32,683 bases of DNA from Parcubacteria group bacterium (GCA_014383885.1 JACNGX010000031.1:1-32683); one strand, 5' to 3'. Positions 1 through 8,477 are shown, counted from the first letter of the stretch. Notes: a model not told the origin generated them from the sequence alone. Translations and numbers: made by a program.

Positions 1-17
1 GCCGACAAGTTCTATTC

Positions 18-94
18 TGGTGGGTGCACCAGGACTTGAACCTGGAACCGCCAAGGTATAAGCTTGGTGCTCTAACCACTTGAGCTATGCACCC
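18..94 (-). tRNA. tRNA-Ile (anticodon UAU), CCA encoded
   Basis: Reverse complement folds as GGGTGCA-TA-GCTC AAGTGGTTA GAGC-A-CCAAG CT TAT AC CTTGG-CGGTT-CCAGG TTCAAGT CCTGG-TGCACCC-A-CCA. Confidence 0.93.
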
Positions 95-120
95 ACATAT
101 GTTTTCATCCTCTCTTGAAA

Positions 121-159
121 TTAAAAGCTCTGTGCTCTAACCGATTGAGCTATATGCCC
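121..159 (-). pseudogene. 5' half (positions 1-38) of a tRNA-Lys(UUU); 3' half not in window
   Basis: GGGCATA-TA-GCTC AATCGGTTA GAGC-A-CAGAG-CT TTT AA, then unrelated sequence instead of the expected CTCTG and T-arm. Confidence 0.75.
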
Positions 160-201
160 ATAAGGGGTATTCAGTATCGTACTATAAAACATCCTTTTTT
201 T

Positions 202-2376
202 CTACTCCAAATGCGGGGCGTCCATGGTGTCTACCGCTTTCTTGATTTCAGGGTGATTGGTGAGATGAGGGTCTTTCTCAAGAAGCAGAGTGGCTTCTTT
301 GCGCGCTGCTTCCACAAGCGGGAGGTTTTTTATGGCTTCCATGCCGATATCGGAAATGCCCCATTGTTTGTCACCGGAGAGCTCGCCCGCGCCGCGGAGA
401 GAAAGGTCCATTTCCGCGAGTGCAAATCCGTCGCGCGCTGAAACGAGTGCGTTGAGTCGATCAAGAGATTGAGATGCATTGGTGTCGGTAAAAAGATAAC
501 AATACGCTTGGTGAGAGCTTCTTTGCACGCGACCGCGAAGCTGGTGAAGCTGGGCTAAGCCAAAGCGCTCCGCGCCCTCAATCACGATGAGCGTGGCATT
601 TGGGACATTCACACCCACTTCCACCACCGATGTCGCCACCAAGATATCTATTTCACCTGATGAGAAGCGTGCCATCACGGAGTCTTTTTCTTTCGGTTTC
701 ATTTTACCATGGAGGATATCAATGGTGTGGTCAGGGAAGATGTTGTGGGAAAGACGCGCGGCCTCGGCTTTCACTGATTTTGTATTAAGTGCCAAGCGTT
801 TGTCTGGATCAGGTTCATCAATCCGCGGACAAATCACATATGCTTGTCTGCCGGCGGCGAGCTCTGTTTTTATATGATCATATACCTTCTCGCGCATGTC
901 GGGTGTAATGATTGAGGTGTGTACACTCTTGCGTCCGGCGGGAAGCTCATCTAAAAGAGTGAGGTCTAAATCACCGTAGATAGTGAGGGCGAGTGTACGA
1001 GGAATGGGAGTTGCCGTCATGGAAAGAAGATGTGGTGCACGATTGTCGCCGTCGCGATGGACAAGTTTCTCACGTTGAGCGGTGCCAAAGCGATGTTGTT
1101 CATCAATAATAGCGTATCCGAAATGCTTGAATGACACACTTTTTTGAATCAGCGCGTGGGTGCCGAAGAGAATGGCGATTTCGCCATTTGCCACCCATTT
1201 CAAAAGCTGCGCACGAGAAATATTAGTTGCTTCCTCTGGATTGCTCTTGGAAGGAAAAACCTTGCAACCACTGCCGGTAATGAGGCCGATACGAATGGGA
1301 AGGTGTTTGAAATATGTTTGAAATGAGGTGAAGTGTTGCGACGCTAAAATCTCAGTCGGTGCCATGTAGGCGACCTGGAACGTTCCGAAATCTTGCCCCT
1401 CGGGGCTGGTGATGACAACGGCGTAGGCTGTGGCTGCCGCGACAACTGTTTTCCCTGAACCGACATCACCTTCAAGGAGCCGGGTCATTGGCTCGTCTTT
1501 TCCCATGTCTTCTATGATTGCCACGATGGCGTGTTCTTGCGCGGTGGTGAGAGGGAAGGGGAATGTGTCGGTAAATGCCACGATAGTGTTTTCATCTGGC
1601 GCGATGCTATATGCACCGAGCGAGTGATACATGGCGCGCGCTTGCGCGCGCGCCACCTGAATCATAAAAATTTCCTCAAACGCAAAACGCTTGCGCGCCG
1701 CGCGCGCATCGGCTTCTTTCTCCGGTGTGTGAATCCACACCAAGGCGGTTGCAAGAGAGGGAAGATTGTAGCGTTTAAGTACGTCGGTAGGAATGGGATC
1801 GGCAAGAAGCTCGTGAGCGCCAAGTGAAAAAAGTTTTTTTACCGCATGCATAATGAAGCGCGACGTAATGCCTTTGGTCTCTGGATACACTGGTGCAGCA
1901 AATGCCTGTATGTCCTCACCTTCGGAAAAAAGCGAATCACCCACATCAATTGGCAGCGCTTTCGTTTTCTCAAATTCGGGATTTCCGAGATAGAGTACGC
2001 CACTCTTCTTTTCCTGCACTTTGCCGGCAAGCTTCACCGACGTGCCGACGGTAAGCACGCTTGCTGCAAACGCTTGATGAAACCATGTGGCGGTGATTTT
2101 TCCACTGCCGTCGTCCACGACGATTTCCCCGACAGGGACATTTGTCTTGAATGTCTTTTTTGTTTTTGCCGAAACGACAGTGCCGTAAATAATTACTTCA
2201 TCACCCTTCTGTAAGTCCACGATACGCTTCATATTTGCGATATGATGATAGCGGGCAGGGAAGTGGTATAAGAGATCAGCGACCGTATCAATACCAAGTC
2301 GCACGAGTGCTGTTTTGTGCGACCCTTGCAGACGAACATGCGCGCCGAGAGAGTTCGAAGGAGAAATATCTGACAT
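202..2376 (-). CDS. recG: ATP-dependent DNA helicase RecG
   Basis: Motifs LLEGDVGSGKT, MAPTEILA, IIDEQHRFG, MTATPIPRTL, AERFGLAQLHQLRGRV; N-terminal wedge/OB region; start placed at ATG 2376 (ORF open to 2403). Confidence 0.97.
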   Translation of the reverse strand: MSDISPSNSLGAHVRLQGSHKTALVRLGIDTVADLLYHFPARYHHIANMKRIVDLQKGDEVIIYGTVVSAKTKKTFKTNVPVGEIVVDDGSGKITATWFHQAFAASVLTVGTSVKLAGKVQEKKSGVLYLGNPEFEKTKALPIDVGDSLFSEGEDIQAFAAPVYPETKGITSRFIMHAVKKLFSLGAHELLADPIPTDVLKRYNLPSLATALVWIHTPEKEADARAARKRFAFEEIFMIQVARAQARAMYHSLGAYSIAPDENTIVAFTDTFPFPLTTAQEHAIVAIIEDMGKDEPMTRLLEGDVGSGKTVVAAATAYAVVITSPEGQDFGTFQVAYMAPTEILASQHFTSFQTYFKHLPIRIGLITGSGCKVFPSKSNPEEATNISRAQLLKWVANGEIAILFGTHALIQKSVSFKHFGYAIIDEQHRFGTAQREKLVHRDGDNRAPHLLSMTATPIPRTLALTIYGDLDLTLLDELPAGRKSVHTSIITPDMREKVYDHIKTELAAGRQAYVICPRIDEPDPDKRLALNTKSVKAEAARLSHNIFPDHTIDILHGKMKPKEKDSVMARFSSGEIDILVATSVVEVGVNVPNATLIVIEGAERFGLAQLHQLRGRVQRSSHQAYCYLFTDTNASQSLDRLNALVSARDGFALAEMDLSLRGAGELSGDKQWGISDIGMEAIKNLPLVEAARKEATLLLEKDPHLTNHPEIKKAVDTMDAPHLE

Positions 2377-2491
2377 GAGCATATTGTAGCACGAAATCCG
2401 CACCTTCTTTTCTTGCGCGACACTTCAATATATGATACTTTTTTCTGGTTGTTGTACTTTATATATTTTTGAACCTCTGATTTTTTATGAA

Positions 2492-2803
2492 ATGGAAGAA
2501 ACACTTATTACTCAGACAAAACGTCTGAGAGCAAGTTTTTTAACTTGCATGAGGATTGCCCCTACCCCCATCAAAGGGGAAGACTATCTTGTCGATTTCA
2601 GGCGGCTATGCGACGTTCCTCTTGTCGTATGTGTCGATAAAAAATCTGTCTCCATTTCCAACGACAGTGGTATTGAAATAGGATACTACTTGCCGACTAA
2701 TGAAGACAGGGAGTTTTTTACGGGATTAAAAAATCCGGTAATCCATGAACATACGGGAAGTGATGGAAAGTCGATTTTCATCCTCGAAGAAGGGAAGAGG
2801 TAG
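2492..2803 (+). CDS. hypothetical protein (~103 aa)
   Basis: Only sizeable ORF in the gap, followed by a terminator; no recognisable motif; start uncertain (2432 or 2492). Confidence 0.55.
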   Translation: MEETLITQTKRLRASFLTCMRIAPTPIKGEDYLVDFRRLCDVPLVVCVDKKSVSISNDSGIEIGYYLPTNEDREFFTGLKNPVIHEHTGSDGKSIFILEEGKR

Positions 2804-2819
2804 GTCAGAGAGTGTGTAA

Positions 2820-2843
2820 GGGTCCCTCGGGACCCGTTTTTTT
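2820..2843 (+). terminator. rho-independent terminator
   Basis: GGGTCC CTCG GGACCC followed by T7. Confidence 0.7.
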
Positions 2844-2946
2844 ATTGAGAAAATATGCTATACTCTGAAAACACATGTGTGTATATAAAGTTAATTAATT
2901 AATAAAATATATAATTCTTTTGTGGAACACGATGTTTTACGGCTAA

Positions 2947-2998
2947 ACCGAGCACCACTTTTATTTTGAATGTATTCAAAATAAAAGTGGTGCTCGGT
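2947..2998. repeat. perfect 25-bp-arm palindrome upstream of tRNA-Ser
   Basis: accgagcaccacttttattttgaat-gt-attcaaaataaaagtggtgctcggt. Confidence 0.9.
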
Positions 2999-3031
2999 CG
3001 CCCGAACATTTTGAAGGGCAAAATGTTTTAG

Positions 3032-3118
3032 GGAGAGTTGCCAGAGCGGTCGAATGGGGCACCCTGCTAAGGTGTTAGGCGAGCAATCGCCTCGAGGGTT
3101 CGAATCCCTCACTCTCCG
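3032..3118 (+). tRNA. tRNA-Ser (GCU)
   Basis: GGAGAGT acceptor, GCACC CT GCT AA GGTGT anticodon arm, long variable arm, GAGGG TTCGAAT CCCTC T-arm, G discriminator. Confidence 0.96.
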
Positions 3119-3341
3119 CCCGTACAAAAATCAGCATCCTTTGGGATGCGATTTTTTGTTGGGCGGAGAGGAGGAAGCCGACTGCTCGGCTTCCGTGAGG
3201 GATTCGAAAAGGTTCTCCCATATTTTTGAGGAGCTTTGCTCCGAAAAAATGGGAAACCTGCACTGCTCCCGTAGGGAGAGAATCCCTCCGCACAAATAAT
3301 GAGCCGGACGGGAAACCGTCCGGCGATTATATTTGTGCAGG
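3116..3341 (+). repeat. structured direct repeat, copy 1 (226 bp)
   Basis: Near-identical to 10195-10418; built of nested hairpins. Confidence 0.93.
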
Positions 3342-3604
3342 TGTTTTCTGGACGAAGTTCGAACATTGTATGAACAAAATCCACAGGATTTTGATTAACT
3401 TCGCACGCGCGGAGCGCGTGGTGGCTTTGAACCAAATCGTACGCTCGGATTTTGTGGCAATGCTGACAATCCGCGCCTCGCGCTCCTTCCAGTCGCGAAC
3501 CAAAACCAAAAATTTCCTTACCTTTCCTTTTAAAACGGCGGGGGGGTGCAGGGGGGAGCCGCAAAAAATTGAAAGGAAATTTTATGGTTTTGTTTTCGTC
3601 GCTT
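3340..3604 (+). repeat. left 265-bp inverted repeat
   Basis: Reverse complement of 9932-10196; identical peptide strings appear in ORF-track entries 3226..3708+ and 9897..10391-. Confidence 0.95.
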
Positions 3605-3692
3605 ACAATTTGTTTGTGAAAATTCAAGATAACTGTTATCATTATATTGAAAGTGTAACACATCAGTATAATACTATCAAATTATTGAAACC

Positions 3693-3899
3693 ATGGCAAA
3701 AGAAATAGAAATCGGCAAAAATATAAAAAAGTACCGCAACAAACTGGGTTTGTCGCAAGAAGACTTTGCAAAAAAGTCTGATGTGAAATATACGACACTG
3801 ACGAAAATTGAAAGCGGAGTGATAAAAAAACCATCCGTTATGGTTATGGCACAAATTGCCAAAACACTTGGCGTTTCGATTGAGGATTTAATAAAATAA
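3693..3899 (+). CDS. XRE-family HTH regulator (probable RM controller-like protein)
   Basis: IGKNIKKYRNKLGLSQEDFAKKS...IESG...PS...IAKTLGVSIEDL; first gene of the RM operon. Confidence 0.9.
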   Translation: MAKEIEIGKNIKKYRNKLGLSQEDFAKKSDVKYTTLTKIESGVIKKPSVMVMAQIAKTLGVSIEDLIK

Positions 3900-3901
3900 T
3901 T

Positions 3902-4858
3902 ATGACTACACAACAAACAATTACAAAACTAGCAGACGATTTGAACATCAACCGAATTTACGCTCGACATGTTTTTCATATTGCGGACAAAGAACAATTG
4001 TTTGAAGATGCTTCTCGCATTGTGAGCGAAAAACCAAAGCCATTTGTAAAATGGGTTGGTGGAAAAAGACAACTCCTCAAGCAATTTCGCGAAATGGGAT
4101 TGTACCCACCCGACGATTTTAATCCTCTTACTAACACATACTTCGAGCCATTTGTCGGTGGAGGTGCTGTCTTTTTTGACCTACTCCCCAAGAAAGCTGA
4201 GCTTTCTGATCTCAATAACGAACTCACCACGACATACAATGTTATAAAAACTGATGTTGACTCACTGATTAAATCACTCAAAAAGCACAAGTACGAAAAA
4301 GAGTATTATCTTAAAATACGAGCAAAAAATCCAAAAAAATTATCAGATGTTGAAGTTGCTTCACGTTTTATTTTCCTAAACCGCACAGGATTCAACGGCA
4401 TGTATCGTGTTAATAGCAAAGGAGGTTTCAATGTACCGTTCGGGAAATATACAAATCCGATAATCTGCGATGAGGAAAACTTACGCAAAGTATCTAAAGT
4501 ATTACAAAAAGTCACAGTAAAAGAACAAGACTACAAAGCAGTCCTAAAAAAAGCAAAAAAGGGCGATTTTGTATATTTTGATCCACCATACTATCCAGTA
4601 AGCAGGACTGCTTCTTTTACTTCATACACAGCAGACTCGTTTCTAGAAAAAGAACAAACAGAGCTAAGGGACACATTTGTGGAACTTCACAAGCGAGGTT
4701 GTTTTGTAATGCTCTCAAATTCAGACACTCCTTTTATCAATGAACTCTATTCAGGTATTAAAGGTGTGAAAGTATCGAAAGTATCTGCTGGACGCTCGAT
4801 AAACTCAAACGCTGCAAAACGTGGAAAGATTAACGAAGTATTAGTAACTAATTATTGA
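3902..4858 (+). CDS. Dam/DpnM-type N6-adenine DNA methyltransferase (likely GATC)
   Basis: KWVGGK, EPFVGGGAV, NRTGFNGMYRVN..G.FNVPFG, DPPY, LSNS motifs of the D12 class. Confidence 0.95.
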   Translation: MTTQQTITKLADDLNINRIYARHVFHIADKEQLFEDASRIVSEKPKPFVKWVGGKRQLLKQFREMGLYPPDDFNPLTNTYFEPFVGGGAVFFDLLPKKAELSDLNNELTTTYNVIKTDVDSLIKSLKKHKYEKEYYLKIRAKNPKKLSDVEVASRFIFLNRTGFNGMYRVNSKGGFNVPFGKYTNPIICDEENLRKVSKVLQKVTVKEQDYKAVLKKAKKGDFVYFDPPYYPVSRTASFTSYTADSFLEKEQTELRDTFVELHKRGCFVMLSNSDTPFINELYSGIKGVKVSKVSAGRSINSNAAKRGKINEVLVTNY

Positions 4859-5724
4859 ATGATATGAATAAAACATTTACCGAATTGGCGGACAGTTTCA
4901 AAAGTTCCATAAAAACATGGGATTACTTTGTGAACTGGGATAAGGTATCAACAAATGCTGCCAATCTTGAAATTTCCCTCAACAAACTCAACTACCTGCT
5001 CGGAAAAGAGAACTTGAAAGACGAGTTTGCAAAACTTTATGAATCAAATCCCGACATTGTAAAAGCGTTGCCTGTTTTACTTGCGGTGCGCGAAAATAAA
5101 TTGGAGGTTTTTGATAAAGTGACAAAAGATTCGGAGTTTTTTGATTTCGCCAATAGTGAAGATGGTGCAGAAAAGTATTTTGAGTTTCTTGAAAAATCTG
5201 GGCTTGCTCGTTTGTTCCAAAAAGACGGTATCAAAAACCTTGTTGATTATGCAATGGGTGTTGAAGTTGGCTTGGACAGTAACGGTCGCAAAAATCGTGG
5301 TGGCACGCTTATGGAAGAAATTGTTGAATCGTGCATCAAAGACTTTTCGGAGAGGCTTGGTTTTGAGTATCTTGCACAGGCACGAGCAACTGAGATAAAA
5401 GCAAAATGGGGTTACGAAATAAAGGTTGATAAATCAGAACGAAGTTTTGATTTCGCCGTTTACAATCCTCAAACTAAAAATCTCAAATTGTTTGAAACAA
5501 ACTTCTACAATGGTGGTGGCTCAAAACTGAAAGCGGTTTGTGGCGAATTCCGCAGTTTGTATGACGAACTAACAGAGCAAGATATTGATTTTGTTTGGAT
5601 CACTGACGGACTCGGCTGGGAGACAACAAAACGACCACTTGAAGAAACTTTTAATCACAATAACGGGCAAGTATTTAACCTCAACATGCTCGAGGACGGT
5701 GTTTTGGAGGAATTAACATGGTAA
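4855..5724 (+). CDS. DpnII-family type II restriction endonuclease
   Basis: DYFVNW.K, LVDY..GVEVGLDSNGRKNRGG..ME, FDF, ETNFY.GGGSKL, FVWITDG.GW; start may be ATG 4864. Confidence 0.93.
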   Translation: MNDMNKTFTELADSFKSSIKTWDYFVNWDKVSTNAANLEISLNKLNYLLGKENLKDEFAKLYESNPDIVKALPVLLAVRENKLEVFDKVTKDSEFFDFANSEDGAEKYFEFLEKSGLARLFQKDGIKNLVDYAMGVEVGLDSNGRKNRGGTLMEEIVESCIKDFSERLGFEYLAQARATEIKAKWGYEIKVDKSERSFDFAVYNPQTKNLKLFETNFYNGGGSKLKAVCGEFRSLYDELTEQDIDFVWITDGLGWETTKRPLEETFNHNNGQVFNLNMLEDGVLEELTW

Positions 5725-5730
5725 AAAATA

Positions 5731-6480
5731 ATGACAAAGGAATTAAAACTACATCCCGATGAATTTGATCTAGAATGCACGACAGTGTGGGCTTTTCCTC
5801 GACGCGGAAATTGGGCAACGCATAAATCAGATTGGCGTGGCAACTGGTCGCCAGAAGTTGCACGCAATCTTATGCTTCGCTACTCAAAAGAGGGCGATGT
5901 TTTACTTGATCCAATGATTGGTGGCGGCACAACGGCAATCGAAGCAAAAATACTCAATCGCAATATCATTTGTTCGGATATAAACGATGTGGCACTCAAA
6001 CGCACGCGAGAGAGTCTGAAATTTGATACAGATAACAAAGCATGGCAAAAAGTTGTGAAACGCGATGCGCGTAACCTCGGCAAAGCTGAGAATGAAAGTA
6101 TTGACTTCATTCTCACGCACCCGCCCTACGCCGATATTATCAAATATAGCGAGGGAGAAATTGACGAAGATCTTTCAAATATTCACGAGCTAGACGAGTT
6201 TGCAGATGAAATGGAGAAAGTAGCAAAAGAATTGTATCGAGTCCTGAAACCTGGAAAATTTTGTGCAATTTTGATTGGCGACACGCGCCGCAAGAAAATG
6301 TATCAACCACTTGCGTATAAAGTGATGGATCGTTTTTTGAATGCGGGTTTTGAACTTAAAGAAGACATAATCAAACGACAATACAATTGCAAAGCTACAG
6401 GATTTTGGGTCAACAAATCAAAAGAGAGCAATTTCTTGCTCATTATGCACGAGCATTTGTTTGTGTTTCAAAAAATATGA
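5731..6480 (+). CDS. second SAM-dependent amino-methyltransferase (N6/N4-type), probable second RM methylase
   Basis: Motif I DPMIGGGTT precedes motif IV THPPY; RVLKPG; C-terminal HEHLFVF. Confidence 0.85.
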   Translation: MTKELKLHPDEFDLECTTVWAFPRRGNWATHKSDWRGNWSPEVARNLMLRYSKEGDVLLDPMIGGGTTAIEAKILNRNIICSDINDVALKRTRESLKFDTDNKAWQKVVKRDARNLGKAENESIDFILTHPPYADIIKYSEGEIDEDLSNIHELDEFADEMEKVAKELYRVLKPGKFCAILIGDTRRKKMYQPLAYKVMDRFLNAGFELKEDIIKRQYNCKATGFWVNKSKESNFLLIMHEHLFVFQKI

Positions 6481-8477
6481 TTACAAAAACTTCACAATTC
6501 AAAGAACTGTCAAAAAATAGGTTTATAATATTTTTTGGTTTTGTTGCGGTTTTTGTTTTATCCAATTACATTTTTACGGGAAGTTTGTTGCCGAGTACAG
6601 AAACAAAAGATCTGTGGTTCTATTCAGGGCTGTTTATGGCAATTTTTTCTATCTTGTTTATTGAGCCATACTATACATCTCCCAAAAATGTAATCACAAA
6701 CGCAATACCTCTTTTACTTGTTTTTCTGGCAATAAAAAACCTTTTTGAAAATCCTGTTTTTTGGTGGTTCGCAGCTTCTGTATTAATTACTTTGATTGTT
6801 GCTTCTGTGATATCTATGTCGACAGAAGACAAAAACAAAAGCCCTGAGCATTGGAAAAATAAACTTTCGGAGCTTCTCAAAAAGTGGGTTGTAATTATTG
6901 GACAGGGCAAGGTTTTATATTCGTCTGTTTTTGTGTACTTCTTACTTACATACTATTCGATACAAAGTTTTTATACTTTGTCACTTTTCATTTTATGGTT
7001 CTTTATAGTATCCATAAATCCCAAGAGTATTAGAAGCACCTTTGCGATTTCAAGAAAAGAACATGATAAAAATGCACTTGGGGAAATATTCGGAGTCCAA
7101 TCAAGAAAAATCTTCCTAGTCAAATTATTTGAAGACCGCAAGGATATTAAGAAGTTTGATATTGTGGAATTTCAATACTCCATGCAAGAATCAGATGATT
7201 TTCTTATGTCTGGGATTGTTTTCGATACTTATCTGCTCAATCAAGAGAAGTGGGCAAAAGTTTTGCAATTGGGCAGAATAGGAGAATCAAAAGTTAAATC
7301 GGACAAAAACATTGTATACAAAGTGTCAAATAAAGAACGAGTAACCGAACTTGAGAAAGAACTAAACACCGATAATTTTGTTGGTGTTGTTATAGAGAGG
7401 TCAAATATCGGAAAAATAAAGTTTGAATACTCAAAGAAACAGGATGATTTACAAGAGGGTGATTTAATCGAACTCAAGACAAACGGCAAGCGATTGTTTT
7501 ACCAGGTTGTGAATGGAGTTACTGAAAAAGAAAGTCTCGAACAACGAAATGAAACGGGTTTCATTAAAGGCGAAGCAATTCAGCTTGGGGAATGGAAAAA
7601 TAATGAGTTATCATTTCAAAAATACGGCTGGGTTCCCTCAATTAACACACCTATTTTCAAAGCGAACACTACCGATATTGAGGTGGCAAATTTTGAATAT
7701 CCTGAATACAAACTAGGCGTAATTCCAAACACTACTTTACCGTCTGTAATAAATCTTTCAGAAGCGGTTAGTTACCATATGGCAGTCTTAGGGGTTACAG
7801 GCTCTGGAAAATCTTTCATTACTCGTGAAGTAATTAGACAATTACAAAACGATACGAAAATTATTTGTGTTGATTTTACAGGTGAATGGAAAAAAGAATT
7901 CGATTCAGAAAGTATTGAGAATTTTGACACTATCGACAATGCAATAGCAAATGACAAAATATCTGTAATTGAGTTGAATGATGTAAGCAACACCACTCAA
8001 TCATTAGAAGAAACGAACAAAAAACTTCAAGAAATATTTGCATACGCAAAGGAAAATGAAGATTGCAAGAAAATATGTTTGGTTTTGGAAGAAGCTCACA
8101 CCATTGTTCCTGAAACAACATTTTTAGGCGACTATGGCGATTATAGTGCGAACAAGGCACTTGTTAATAAAATGAGCCAGATTGCATTGCAGGGCAGAAA
8201 ATATAATGTCGGTCTTTTGGTGCTTGCGCAAAGAACAGCAAATGTATCAAAAACTGTTTTAACACAATGCAATACAATTGTTTGCTTTCAAGCATTTGAT
8301 GAAACAGGATTCAATTTTTTAAGTAACTACATCGGAAAAGATTTAGTCCAAGCAATGCCAAATCTATCGCAATATCATGCAATTATTGTTGGCAAAGCCT
8401 CAAAATCAAATATTCCAATGATTGTCGATCTGACACGAGAACAAAAAGTTGAAAAAGACACAGAGGAAACAGATTAA
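6477..8477 (+). CDS. multi-pass membrane protein fused to a HerA/DUF87-type P-loop ATPase
   Basis: Several hydrophobic segments in the first ~180 aa; Walker A GVTGSGKS, Walker B LVLEEAH, GRKYNVG, QR motif; ATGA overlap with the methylase stop. Confidence 0.85.
   Translation: MITKTSQFKELSKNRFIIFFGFVAVFVLSNYIFTGSLLPSTETKDLWFYSGLFMAIFSILFIEPYYTSPKNVITNAIPLLLVFLAIKNLFENPVFWWFAASVLITLIVASVISMSTEDKNKSPEHWKNKLSELLKKWVVIIGQGKVLYSSVFVYFLLTYYSIQSFYTLSLFILWFFIVSINPKSIRSTFAISRKEHDKNALGEIFGVQSRKIFLVKLFEDRKDIKKFDIVEFQYSMQESDDFLMSGIVFDTYLLNQEKWAKVLQLGRIGESKVKSDKNIVYKVSNKERVTELEKELNTDNFVGVVIERSNIGKIKFEYSKKQDDLQEGDLIELKTNGKRLFYQVVNGVTEKESLEQRNETGFIKGEAIQLGEWKNNELSFQKYGWVPSINTPIFKANTTDIEVANFEYPEYKLGVIPNTTLPSVINLSEAVSYHMAVLGVTGSGKSFITREVIRQLQNDTKIICVDFTGEWKKEFDSESIENFDTIDNAIANDKISVIELNDVSNTTQSLEETNKKLQEIFAYAKENEDCKKICLVLEEAHTIVPETTFLGDYGDYSANKALVNKMSQIALQGRKYNVGLLVLAQRTANVSKTVLTQCNTIVCFQAFDETGFNFLSNYIGKDLVQAMPNLSQYHAIIVGKASKSNIPMIVDLTREQKVEKDTEETD

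Noticed and set aside
3109-3708. ORFs of 160-184 aa across the DR/IR, and mirror ORFs at 9897-10492
   Set aside because: They lie wholly in hairpin-rich repeats, occur in several frames and show no protein-family motifs.
6387-6476. Upstream ORF-track extensions (also 21465, 24793, 11876, 10587)
   Set aside because: They overlap neighbouring genes or terminators; downstream ATGs fit coupling or promoter positions better.
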